Shown: piece after piece, positions 40,740-54,018 of the stretch
How the letters are laid out: every line of letters starts with the position of its first letter
Position numbering within the stretch: position 1 is the stretch's first letter
Assembly (NCBI GenBank): GCA_016748015.1
Contig: JAAOMT010000198.1
Location: forward strand, 170,797-234,796
Source: Geosiphon pyriformis uo1
Lineage: Eukaryota; Fungi; Glomeromycota
Reading direction: 5' to 3'
Length of the DNA stretch: 64,000 nt
Program-made: the position numbers and the translations under genes
The notes under the pieces: generated by a model
Told to the model about the DNA's origin: nothing
The model's database searches: none
Seen by the model: only the letters and a program-made list of their open reading frames with translations

Positions 40740-43700
40740 TTTAATAAAACTTCTTTCTCTTTTTTATCCCAAATTCCTAAAAAAGAGTCAAAAGTTTTTT
40801 GAAAAAGAAGTTTTTACAATTCAGTATGATAAATCCAAACTGTTTCTGCTTGATTACAAGACTATTGTTGGTCTCAATATTGCTGTAATGAAGAAGTCTG
40901 CCAAAGACTTTAGTGCTGATACTGTTAGTAAGGATGTTGCTTCTAGAAAAAAAAAAAAAGGTGGTGTTTTAAAGGACAGTGCAGCTCAGAAAATGGTTTT
41001 GTCTAATAAAGTGGTTGGTGGTTCTTGGGGGTCTGAGGCTGGAAATACCATTGAATCTGATAGTATGGACATGAAAGAGGAGTTTTTAGTTGAAAAGACT
41101 AGTATAGATTATAGAAAAAGAGTTTTCTGGAAGGAAAAGACAATAACCAAACACCTAAAAAGCCTAAAATAGTTACTAAGCAAGCTTTAGGTAAACTGCT
41201 GGACAAAATCAACTTTTTGGGCAGTGATGATAATGACATCCTCTTGGATGGTCCTGTGGTTTTTCTTCCCTTCCTAAAAAACTTGGTCAATGTCTCTGTT
41301 AGAAAGTCTTTTGCTCTGGATATCAGTTTGGACAATGTTGTTAAGAAATCTACTCAGGAAAAGCTTGTGGTAATCAGGAAATTATTCTCAAAAATCAATG
41401 GTTTTGGGGGGCCTCTACTCCCTCAAAATTTGCTGGGATCATCAAAGTGTCATTCACTTCTAATTTGAGTTTGGCGCAGGCTTCCAAAAAGGCTAAGAAT
41501 GCAAAGATCTTGGTGAACACCAATCTCAAGAAACCTTCTGGGCACTTAGATTGAGCTGTGGTAGTTAAAAAAATTCCAGTTGGAACATTGGCTGAGGCTA
41601 TGTGCACTGTGCTTTCTGAATTTGGTTCTGTTGTGTCAATCAAGATGTAGTTGGTAGGGCTATGGCAAAAGCTGTAGTAGAATTTACTCAATCGGATCAG
41701 ACTGATTTGGTCACAACCAGATAGTCTATCTTAATTGGAAAAGATGCTGTAAGAGTGACCAAAGCTAATTTAGACAAAGAATCATGAGATACAAGAGATC
41801 AGCATAGAGCTTTGCTCTATATACTTCCAATAGACACCAATGCTCATGATATTTGGGACTTTATTGGCTTTGTGGATGGGAAAACTTGTACAATCAATTG
41901 CCATTCTGTTACATATGCTCAGACCAAATGTGCCATTGTTTGTTTTGAGTCCACTGATTCACTAAATGCTGTCATGGAAACTACACTGGTTTTAAGAGGT
42001 GCTCATTTTTATTGGTCTCATTTTGGCTCAGCTGTATGTGCAATGTGTGGAAAGTTGGATCATACTTCTTTGGTCTGTGCTTCTGATAGGAATTTTTCTT
42101 CTGGTAAATTGCCATATCAGGCACTTTCAGATGCAGACAAGAGTAGACTGGCAGCCATTTATGCCAAATGTTTAGCTCCAGTTGCTCAGCCTGTTGCTTT
42201 TGGTGGTGCTTTATAAACAAGTATTGTAGGTAGGTCTTCTTTCCCTCCTTTTTCTGGCCATAATGGTTTGGTTAATTCTGGTTCCTCTTTGGAGATGAAG
42301 CCCACCCTGCAAGTGTTTTTAGAATTGAATGATAGGTTTGCTGCACTTGAGCACAGTCTTGCCAGCTTTGCAAAGTGTGTAAATAAGCTGGCTAAAAGAT
42401 TGGACTCACCCGAACCAACAGTTTCTCAGCTTAGCTCTGGATGTCAGCCATTGGTAACCCCTTCATCACAAAATCAAGGGGCAAATATAGTGATAAGTAA
42501 GGGTTCAGGTGTGGCTACCAGTGGTAGGACTATTGTAGGAGCAGCAGTTTTTGATTCTTTAGTGGTCTCAAAAATAGAGAAAACTTTGAAGAATTTGTTG
42601 ATTATAGTTATGGGTCTCTCAGCCAAAATGGACAATACTGGTTTGGTTCTTGCTATTTCCTTTTCTCAATGATGGATCTGGTTTGGAAATTTGCTATGTG
42701 CAATGTTTATGGTCTCAATATCCCTGCCAAGCAGAAAGATGTTGTTTGTTGGCATGTAAGATCTGGAAATATGGTTTTTATTGTTATGGAAACAAAGTTG
42801 AGATCTAGCATTAGGCCATGGATTATGAACAAATTTGATGAGGTAAAAATATTTTCTTTGAGTTTGGACAAAAAGTTTCTTGGTGCTGGAGTGGTAATTA
42901 TTATGAACAATTTTCTTGTGCATTATGTTTCTAAGGTTGAGAAGGTTCTTGGTTGCCTTATTTCTGTTTGGCTCCTTTTTAAAGGCAAACTTTTGGTTAC
43001 AGTTTTGGGTTTGTATGCTGGTGTATTGTCTAGAACTAGATTTGGTCAGGCCATGGAGATTAACTCTTTTATTGCAAAAGCTTTGAACTCCAACACTTTT
43101 GTGGTTCTGGGCGGTGACTTTAATGAGAATGATTCTAAAAAAAGTGCTAGTTTTAGGTTTTGTTTGGATCTGGGTTTAGTTAACTATTTTGGTGCACACC
43201 TACTGGTCAAGACTCTTACATGAAGCAATTCCAAAAGTGTTGAAAAGACAATTAATTATATTTTTGTTAATGGTAGTCTTTCTTTGGCAGTTGCTGGTCA
43301 GAATGTTGTCTCTGTCTCTGATTATTTTGACACTAATCACAAGGCTGTCATAGTGTTAATCAGTCTGGGTGGTCTTTTAGATGTACATTTGAACAGTTTG
43401 CACAAGCAGGCTAATAAGGATTGTTGGAAGTTCAGGATTGCAGATGCTAATAGTTCCAAATGGGCCAGTTTTAAAGAGTGTGCTTCTGTCAAGTTTTCCT
43501 CCATGTCTGATGAGTTCTCAGCTGCATGTGCTGGTGAAAATGTTGATTCTCTGTGGTCCTTGTTGGTAAAAGTGATGTTTAATTCAGCTGATGAAACATT
43601 TTCTAAGCAGTAATATTATGAGGTCAAATGTCCTTCCAACAGACAGTCTTCTAAGTTTTTTAAGCTGGAACTGTTAGTTGCTAAGTTGGTGAAGTCTCTT

Positions 43701-46700
43701 CAGTCTGGTAATGCTTCTAGAACTGATGCTCTTTTTAATACTTGGTTGATTGCTGATAATGTTAAGGCTCTTGAAATCCAGACCTTAATGGCTAATAGTG
43801 CCAGTAGTGCTGACATTTTTTGTTATCTGTTCAGGTTTAAGAAGGGTTACCATTGTTCCAAAATGCATTAGTCTAAAGCTGTGGAAACTACTACAATCAA
43901 ACGTGTTATTGATAGGAGAATGAAAAATTTTTGTTTGGACAAAGGCCGTATGATCAGAAGTATTTTGGATAAACCTTTTCACAAGGTTGTTCTTGATTAT
44001 TTGGTGGTAAATAATGAGCTGGTGTTGGATCCTGGTGAGATTAAATCCAAAGTTGATGAAATTATGAAAGGATAGACTAGGAAACGTTTAGTATCTGTGT
44101 TTCTTTTAGCTTTTTGGGCTTATCAGTATGCTCCTTTACAGCATGTAGATAACAATGCTTTCTCTGATGTTATGAATGTTATTGGTTTTGATGAATTTTT
44201 TCAAGTTGTCAAACATCTGCCAAATGGAAAGGCTGCTGGCTTCAGTAGTATTCTTAATGAATTGTGGAAGCATTGCAGTAAAGCCATTCTCAAAGGCTTG
44301 TTAGTTCTCTTGAATTTGTGCTTGAAGTTGGACATAGTTCCTGTTCTATGGAAAAGGGCCTGGGTCTCAATGATATCTAAGCCTTATGATTGGGATAGTG
44401 CATTAACAAACACTCACCCTATTGCTCTAATAGAAACTGCTTGCAAAATTTTTTCTAAGATCCTTTCAGATCAAATTTTTCTGGCTTGTAGTAAGTTTGG
44501 AGTGTTGCATGAGGATAATTTTTCAGTTCTTAGAGGTACCTTGATTCAGTCTCCTATTTTTGTTGTTGAATTGGTAGTGAAGGATGCTTTGGAAAAAGAC
44601 AAAGGGGTTTGGCTGGTTTTATAAAACATGCACAAAGCATATAACTTAGTTGGCTGGCATCATTTGGAAGCTTGTTTGCGTCATATTAAAATGTGTAATA
44701 GATTCATCAGGTTTTTTGGTGGTATTCATAGGAATAGATTAAACTGTGTTATAACAGATTTTGGCCTTTTGGATGATTACTGGGTGTTGGATGGTCTTGA
44801 TCAGTGTGAGGTTTTCTTCCCCCTTCTCTAGTGGATCTTCTATAACTTCCTACTGTGTGAGATTAAGAAACAGGAGAATATATGTGGTTACTGGTTTGAT
44901 ACCAAGTTTGTTGTCAAGATGGACAGGGTAAACAATATAGATGAGATGACTTTCTTCTTTGCAGCTGGTGCTTTTGTTAATGATACTATCTGAATTGGGA
45001 GTAGCCAGGCTGCCACTCAATTTATATTAGATATTGCCAGTGATTTCTTTGTGATTAATGATATTTCAATTAATAATAACAAGACAGTGGCTATTTCTAT
45101 TAACCATAGGGTCAAAAATGCTGTTCTTAGAATTAGCAGATTGCCTATTTTGATTGCCAAGTGTGGTGTACTTCATAGATACTTAGGTATCTTTCTATCA
45201 ACCAATGGTTTGTCCAAACCTAGTTTGGCTAAAGCTCAATCTGATGTCAAGTTCTTTTTTAATTTGGTGCTCTAGAAGACTATTTCAAACAAACAGTTCT
45301 TGTATTTAATTTCAGCTGTTCTTTAGCCTATTGTTAGCTACCATACTTAGTTTAATTTTGTGTCTTCTGCTATTTGTCAGCGTTGGGATGCTTTGGTTAA
45401 AAAGAGTTTCAAGTTAAAGGCTGGTTTGTCTTGTAATTTCCCAAATAAGGTGCTTTATCACTTTTTATTATATGGTCTAAAAACATTTGAACAAGTGCAG
45501 ACTGAAAGGAAGTCTGCTTCTGTTATTAGTTTTTCTAATGCTTCTGAGATTGTTGGCTGAATGTTTGAACACTGTTTTCTGGATCTGCAAGTATTGAGTT
45601 GGGCCCTATTGAATTCACTACAGTATCCAGTAAAGCTATACATTGGTCTTTCCAACAATTTTTTGGCTGGGATAGTGTGAATATTTTTGGTTAATAATAT
45701 TTATATGAAAAACAATTTGCCTTGTGCTTTTCTTTATTCTAACAAATATCCTGTCTTTAGTGTCTTAGAGTCTTCTTTGTATTATGATCAGGTTAGTTTT
45801 TTAAAGAGATTTGGTGTGGCTTTCTGTGACAGACTCTTAGATAAGCATGATAAGATTCTAGATTGGCAGACATTCTGGCATTAAAAAAGACTGGATCCCA
45901 GGGGATCTGTGCCTTCTTGGTTTGTCTTGGTATCAAAGTTTTTGTGTGATGTGACTTTTTATTCAGCCTCCTCTAGTGGTGTTTCTTTGGTGGATGTCAA
46001 TGATGTTTTGCTTTCGAGTCAGTTTTCTGATGTTAAAAATGGTCTGCTTGAGATCTAGTCAAATTTTATTTCTGTTTTTATGGATAGCTCTTTGAAAGGG
46101 CTTGGTTCTGTTGATGTGGCTGGAGGTGCTGCAGCATTCTTTCCTGAAATTGGGTTTGGTGTTAGTGTTAAAGTTGTGGGCCTCTTATCTTCTATGATGA
46201 CCAAGTTACAGACTGTTGCTTTGGTACTGGAATGTGTATCTTCTTTTTGTTCAGTGAAAGTATGCTTGAACAGTCAAGCTGCTTTGGATGCTTGTATTTC
46301 AGAGTTAAATATGGGCTGTTCTGATTTTTGCAATTGCTGTTGGATAGAAAGAAGACACATTGCAAATTTGATTAAGTGCAAAAACATTTCTATTATTTGG
46401 GTAAAAGTCAAAAGACACTTTGGTGTATTGGATAATGTTAGTGCAGATGCTTTGACAGACACTTCTGTTCATTTGTTATTGCTGCTGCCAACTGGTGTGT
46501 GTAAACACTTTTTGATGACCAATGACATACCAATTTCTGGTAATATTCATCACTTTGTTTGAGACATTTTTAGATCAGTGAATCGTGCATGCTGAGAAAT
46601 TGGTCTTGGTTCTAAGGTTCTGGGTGGTTTTTTTGTTTGTGATGTTGATTGGATTAGAACTGTGACTGTTTGGCATCTGAATTTGAATATGCTGTCTGGT

Positions 46701-48513
46701 TTTACAAGCTGAACTTTGGCTGGCTTGCGTTTTTTTTTACATGAAAGCTGTGTATGGTAGACTGTCTGTTATGGTGTTACTGGAGGTTTTTGGTCTCTTT
46801 TCTTGAATGTTGTAACTGTCTGTTGGTTGCAAATTCATGTTTTCTAGAAGTAGTTGAATCTCCAATAACTGAATTTATCTTTAAATTATCTCTCATAATT
46901 TGAACTGCTGGGCTTATAAGTGAAATGGCCAATTCCTTGCCAGTTACTTTATGTAGTTACATTGTAGTAAACATCAACTCTTTCCCAGGAATTGCTTATC
47001 TGAAAGCTCACTAAAAATGTGTAGTTACTTTGCTGTGAAAGTCAACTCTTCTACAGAAATCTCATCTGTAGACTACCCTAATAATTATAATAAGAAAAGA
47101 AAAGAAAAATAAAAGAAATGTAAAAGAAATAGGATTTTATCAAGAGAAACGTTTTCTATTCAGATCTGGAGTCACTAACAGTTTACTGAAATTGGTAGCT
47201 AATCAATTTCAAAACGTTAGTTGGGTTTTTGGAGATTTTTTAAGTGCAATATTTAGAAAAATTGGTTTTTCAAATTATTTGATATTTTATTTCTTTTTGT
47301 GTGTGTAGGAATGGTTCTAAGTAATAAATCTAAAGTAAGATATATTTTCTTGAAGAGAAAAGCTCTTCTTTTATACAACTTGTTGTAATACTAGTCTATG
47401 AACTTGCACTTTTTCTCTTTGCTCAAATTTCGGCAAACTAAAGATACATTTTGATGAACTACAAGTTATTTCGCTGAACTATTGATTAATTTGGATGAAC
47501 TATTCATAATTTTGGCAAATTTCTATAAATTTCGGCGAATTTCATATAAATTTCGGCAAATTTCTGTAAATTTTAGTGAATTTTAGAATGTTACAAAGTT
47601 CAGGGTATTGTGTAATTTGATCATCTTACTTTCTGTTGTACTAATTAGATTATTAATTGAATCGTGATATGTGATAAATTGATTAAATAATAAGTGATAA
47701 TTTGGATTGATATTAACATGTTAATTACTGATAGAAATTATAAGGATAATTTCATGCTAATTAATAGCTAAAATTCTACTGGTAACAGTGGTTAGGAAGA
47801 GGCTTTACGACAAGTACTATCCTGGTGTCTTGTGTTTACATTGTGGTAAGGTTGAATTCTCTGATCATGTATTCACTTGCAACAAAGAATCTGTCTCCTA
47901 CAAGGAGATTTTATTTGAGTGTGTGGCTGGTTGGAAGTCTATTGCTGGTTCCTGTCTCCAAATTCCTTCCACAGTCTTGGTATCTCTTTTTTCGTGTGTG
48001 TTTAATATTGGTTTATATGCTCTTCTTTGCAAGAGTTTTGTGCTGGTGAGGTGGTTTGAGAAAGTTTTGCAGATATTTGAGGACTGCAGAGAGGCTGCTT
48101 GCATACTTGTTGATTTTGTATATAGTATAGGTATACATCACCGTTCTGTGTTGTGGGAGTTCAGATCCAGATTCAGAGCTGACATGGAAAAGGATAGTTT
48201 GGTTAGTGATTCGGAAGTGTTGCCAGTGGTGTCTTGTGGTGCAGTACGGGATTTGTCGGATGGTGTGGTTAGGCTGATTGGTATTGATGATTTTTTTGGA
48301 ATCAGTTTTGGGTTCTGTAAGCCTTGTTTGTTTTTTTTTGGTTTGGATAATACGGCATCTGTTCATATAAGTATGTAGTGTTGCTTTGATTAGTCCGATT
48401 AACTGGTCACATGTAGTAAGTGTGTGAGTCACGTCTAGCTGGAGTCCACAGTTTTGACTCTGTATACTAGATAGTGATTGGGCTACACTCGTTAAACTGT
48501 TAATAAAAAAAAA
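40740..48513 (+). mobile_element. Near full-length L1-like LINE with RNase H, decayed copy 2, interrupted by a solo LTR
   Basis: ORF1 ~40888-42672 (CAMCGKLDHTSLVC knuckle); ORF2 42669-48378 (MCNVYGL, METKL, GGDFNE, DTNH; PIALIETA, LDQCEV, FVND, YLG; RNase H; CLHCGKVEFSDHVFTC); A-tail 48505-48513. Confidence 0.92.
46775..47787 (-). mobile_element. Solo LTR of the gypsy family seen at 1092-2099
   Basis: TGTTACTGG...CTGGTAACA, colinear with 1092-2099; flanked by ATGG/GTGG (imperfect 4-bp TSD); LINE ORF2 resumes (..VRKRLYD). Confidence 0.92.
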
Positions 48514-48792
48514 TTGTTTATAAACACATATATAAATAAATATTTGAAAAAAATTTAATTGTAATAAAATTTATGTTTTAATTATTAAAAAACAATTATT
48601 TATATATTTTATAAAACATAAATATCAAACATATAATTTATATATTTAAGTAATCATAATTAATAATGTTTGCTTAAAATTTAATAAATTTTCAATATTG
48701 AAAATTATCCAAGTTTTTAGCTTTCATATATGTGGTCTTATTCTAAATAGATTAAAATCTGATCATACTTTGAATTAACACAATTAATTGAT

Positions 48793-49167
48793 TCAAAGTT
48801 TTGAAAATATTGGTTTTTTCTTTATAACTATGCTTTCTGTTGCCTCCTTGATATCCTGTCAAAAAAAAAAATTGAAGAAATCAGAGAAGAAACATTGGGA
48901 CTTTTTTTGTCTTGAAAAATATTTGTTCAAACCTTGGTATTCAACATTGAGGCGTTCCAAACTGCGGTATATCGCAGTCCTTCAGCCACCGAATGATCAC
49001 GTGAATAATTCAAAAGATGCCTATTTTCAATTCGAAATTGTAGAAATTTAAAAATAAAATGAAACCAATTATAAATTTTATATGTAAGATATTAATCTTA
49101 CTTCGTGCCCATCGTTGCCACAGGTGATTTGGCAGCAATAAGAGTGGCCGTCTTGAAACCAGCAGCT

Positions 49168-49199
<32 letters not shown>

Positions 49200-50387
49200 T
49201 GAAAATCTTAAAATGATCCTAGAGACAATGAAGCATTTACTTGAACAAGATATTAAACATTTTTATTACCTAAAGCATCTTCTTTGTTTAAAAATGTTTT
49301 GCTCACTAAACCCATATTTAGAGCTTCATTTGAAGTGAAACTAAATAAATTGTAAATGAGTGATTAAAAAAACATTTTCGAAAAAAGTAGAAAGTCATTT
49401 AGTTATCTCAATCTCCCCCAAAAAACTCGGATAAGCTCACTCGCGTCCAGTTAGACAAACTTCTCTCACGAAGCTATCATTTCCAATGACTTTGGGTAGG
49501 CGTTGTAAAGTACCTATTAATCGAACCAACGAGATTCAAATTTAATCCTTATGAATTAAGGAAAAGAAAAAAAAATCTCGAATCATTAAACATCTTTCTT
49601 ACCAACATCAGCGGCCAAACCAACATCTACTTCCTTTTAACAAAAACTGGTGTAAATTTACACATCATATAAGAAAAGAGAAAAAATGGTTCAAAGATTT
49701 AATGAGATTCATCGCATGGCACTAGCCTTTACGCTAAAAATAGCATCTTCAGTACAGTATCGAATATCACAAGCAGTTATCAAATCAACACCAGCCCCTA
49801 TGCACCATTTGTGAACAATTACAATGACGGCTTTGTCACAACTCTCAATAGCGTTAAAAGTGTCTTGAAATTCCTGAACGGGTTGGAAAGAAATCAATTT
49901 AGATTTGGTATGAAAATTGAATAACGGAAGAGCGAAAATTACCAGGAGTTCAAGACGTAATCGGTGTGACCGTCGAGCTGGATCTTCCACCGAGAAATTA
50001 AGATCAGATAAGGAGGTTGAAACGACTAGGAAAGTAAAATTTGTGATTTAATGGATTTTCCCAAATGGGTTTTCAAAAGAATTTTTTAAGACTTTAAATT
50101 TCACGCTTACGGTCAAGTCCAGCAGAAAATACTTTTCCAGCCCCTGATAATACGACAGACCGCACGTCTGAATCATGCTTTATCTCTCTAAAACACTCCT
50201 TCAAGTCGACCCACAAACTATTTTGGGCAATACCTTAAATTATCTTTGAGATCAAATTTTTGATGGATTCAAACATTTCTTACGCTGGGTTGAAAGTATT
50301 TAGTTTTTCGGGACGATTTAGTTCCACTTGAAGAACGAACTCTGAGTGGTATGTCACTTTCAAAGTATCAAATTTGTATTTAAACAT
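48793..50387 (-). CDS. ECH1: Delta(3,5),Delta(2,4)-dienoyl-CoA isomerase (crotonase family), peroxisomal
   Basis: VELNRPEKLN, FSAGLD, CIGAGVDLITACDIRYC, KEVDVGLAADVGTLQRLPK, C-terminal SKL (PTS1). Confidence 0.88.
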
Positions 50388-50798
50388 ATTCGCAATGGTA
50401 ATTTTGAACTTTAGTAACTAAAATAAAGCAAGCAAACTCTACGCGTGGTTTGTCAATGAGAACTTTTCAATATATTCAATGGGCACCTTTCTACGTCTTA
50501 ATTTAATAATACATATATTTTGTTGTTTGAATTTTGGAATAGTATTTATTTCCAAATTCTTACCTTAATTACTAGCAGAAATTTAATAAACGTATTATAC
50601 TCCATACTCACCCAAGACATTAATGCTTCTCTTGCGTCTTTTTTTTATTTGAATTAAAATTTTACATTTAATTTTACTCTTTCATTCAAAACAATCAGAA
50701 AATGTAAAACAGTAAGAAAAGTCAACTATTCTGTAGTTCGCCAAAGACTTTATTAATGGTTATAGAGATTGATAAATTTAAAAAAAGATAGGATTCTT

Positions 50799-51502
50799 TC
50801 AATGAGAAATTGATTCATCACGAAAAGATGCGGTCGACAAACACTGATTAACAACTTCCAATAAATGAACATTCTCTAGTGCAGCAGCAACACGTTCTTT
50901 GTCGTTAAGTTGCTTATTAACTATATAAATTAGAAATATTTAAATTAAATTTGAAAAACATTAGGGAATATTCCCTTCTCAGAACTCTAGGCCAAAAAAA
51001 CAATTTCTAATTGATTTATTGTTCTTACCTGCCAATTCAGACTGATGGGTTCCTTTCCTTACCTCTATATCTACCTTAAAACGCTCGGGTAAGCTACGCA
51101 AAAGTCTCACTCTGATGCACAAGCCAATCAAAGTTGCCATAGAACAGTGGGGGATAGTAGGGGTGAATTCAACCAATACTTGGTTGTTATAGTTGTCTAC
51201 CTTCACATGTTCAAGTTGTGTGACTTTGAGTTGTTCGAGAGTTAGAGGGTGTTCAGGATCAGTGATCGAACGAATCAAATCTATGGGGTGATTGAGAGAA
51301 AAACATTTAGCAAAAGGGGCTCAAAAAGTCAAAGGTGTTTGAAACTAAAAGATAAATTTTGAGGGAGAGGAACCTTACCAAAAATCTCTTGGGAATCTAT
51401 GTCATCTATAGTATCTTCATTTTCTTCAAATTCAGTTTGTACTCGGCGGGAAATCTTCGTAGTTGCATAGACAGTTGGATTAGCATTAATGAGTTCGGGC
51501 AT
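50799..51502 (-). CDS. CIA2: MIP18/FAM96/Cia2 cytosolic Fe-S assembly component
   Basis: [53 protein letters not shown]. Confidence 0.93.
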
Positions 51503-54018
51503 GGAAAATTTATAGTAAATAAAAGGGAAAAAAGAACACCTGTGTTTTGGAGATTAAAATTTTCAAACTGATCGATCACATGTATAAAAAATTGAGGGCT
51601 GCGGATTCTGTTTCGTAAAAAAAAAACAAAATAATTAACCACAACATATAATGTCAAAGTATCATTTTATAGGAAAAGAAATTTTAATTTTTATCTTATT
51701 GAAAATACACTTTTTGTCATTATGTCCCTAATTTTTTGTGAATAGCATTAATTTAAATTTTGGACAGTAAATTATTTCAGAAATTTTTTTTTCTCCTTTG
51801 TTACTAATATATTATTTTGATTACTAACTATTTTTTGTTCTTTTTTTCTTATCTTTACTATTTTATTTTATTTTTATTGTTGTTATTACTGTTTTTATCA
51901 TTTTTACTGTTTTTATTATTATTATAATTATTATTATTATTATTATTGTTGTTGTTGTTGTTGTTGTTGTTTTTATTATCATTACTGTTATTATTATCAT
52001 TATTTTTTATTATTTTCTTTTTAATTATTGTTTTAATTAACACAATTTGGATATTAAAGATTTTAAATATTAAAAAACAGAAATTATTTTTAATTACATA
52101 TTATTATAATTATAATTATAATTATAATTATTATTATTATTAAGATATATTAAATTTTTTTTAATTTAATAAATACATTTTATTTTAAAAAAATTCTTAA
52201 AACAATAAATAAAATTAACCCAAATTTGTTTTTTAATATAATAATAATAATAATAATAATAATAAAATAAAACAAAAAATCTTAATAATAATTTAACTAT
52301 TTAAAATAAACAAAAGTTTTATAAATCTATTATTTAATTAAAAATGTTTTTATAAAATTATTTAACTTAATTTTTGTTAATATTATAAATAAAAAAATTA
52401 ATTAAATATTAATTATATAAAATAAAGTTAATCTAATATAATATATAATAATAAACTTATTTATTTTCAAAAAATTAATCAATAAATATTTTATTTGAAT
52501 TTATAAAATATAAAAATAAGTTTATAAAATCTAAGTAAATAATTTTATTTATGTAATTTCTATTAATTTTACATTTTTATTCAATATTTTTTTATTAAAA
52601 AAATTATATAAAAATTAATTAACAAAATATTAATCTATATTGTTTATATTATTTATATTTGTAATTACAAAAACAATTTAATATTACAAAAAAACAAGTT
52701 AATACAATTAATTTTTAAAATCCAAAAAATCCAAAAAATCCAAAAAACTTAATAAAACAATAATTTGTATTTTACAAAAAACTTGTTTAATTATTTTTAA
52801 AATATCAAATATAATAAACAAAAAAATTATGTTTGGCTGAATTCGTTATCAATTTTAACAATTTTAATAACAAAAAAATCCAAAACATTAAAGAATCTGA
52901 AATGTATAAATGTCAAAATTTTAAAACTTTATAAATAAAAATTGTTTGAAATCTTGATTCTTATTAAAAATAGTAACATTGTCAATTATTGATATATATT
53001 ACAATCCATCTACAAGCTGCAAAAATTTGAAAATTTTGGCAAAAGTAATTTAAAAACCAAGCTTGGTCTTCAACCACTTATCAATTATATGGGGCTATTG
53101 AACTTTAGATTCACATTATTTTTCTACGTGATGTATTATATTTTGTGATAAAATCACGCGAGCATAATTCGAATTATGAAAAATTTCAAAAACCTGGCCT
53201 GTTGAAAGTTATTTTTACGATTACATAACAAATACTTCGAAGCAGCATCAAATTCCTGGAATAAGCTTAGGGAAGCTTGAGCAACCAACATAAATTTCAT
53301 AAAGAATGATTAGCATAGGAATAACCTGCGAAACAGACTAATGGTCTGCTGAGAATGCTAGTTTTTATTGTTAGACATTAGTATTGATTAGAAGATGCAA
53401 AATATGATAATGGCTTACCTCACTTACCTTTCCTTCAAATTTCATGGTTTGAGTTTGGAATCTGTATCAACAGAAACGAATATTTTCACTAAATAATGAA
53501 AGAATTGGTGAGCATTATAATTATTCAGTTGAGCAGGATTATTGAATATAGAGGATCTGTGTTGTTTGAGGACGAAAAGTGAATGACTATGTGTGGCGTG
53601 TGCCTTGTCGAAACATTGAAAAAACAACTTTTCTCGGCAATAGCGTTATAATTGTTGACTATTGACCGGTTAGTTGAAGGGTTGAAATTGAAACTAGCTG
53701 AATGCGTCCGTTTAAAGATGTTTTATTGTTGGAGTTTGCTGATTTTTAGTTGTCAGGTGAGGTACAAGTCGAAATTATCGGTTTTCCTCTGTTGAACTTT
53801 AAGTTGAAGCTAAGTTGAAGGCTGACTGAACTGAACAGGAAGGAGATCGCATTCTTGTCGCCATAATTCTGTGTCGAGGGCGATTGAGATAAACAAATAA
53901 TACTGCAAATGAAATCACTAAAAACACAATTAGAATAATACACTGCTCATTTCTAAAGATGCTCTTTGAGGGGCAAAAATTTCCGCCCAACTCTTCGAAT
54001 TGACCACAAGATATCTTC

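Noticed and set aside
40731-40750. Target-site duplication of LINE copy 2 (AAAATTGTATTTAATAAAAC vs AAATTGTTTATAAAC at ~48511)
   Set aside because: Needs several indels in low-complexity AT sequence; cannot be distinguished from chance.
51858-52143. Poly-N / poly-L ORFs
   Set aside because: Translations of (TTA)/(TTG) microsatellites in AT-rich DNA.
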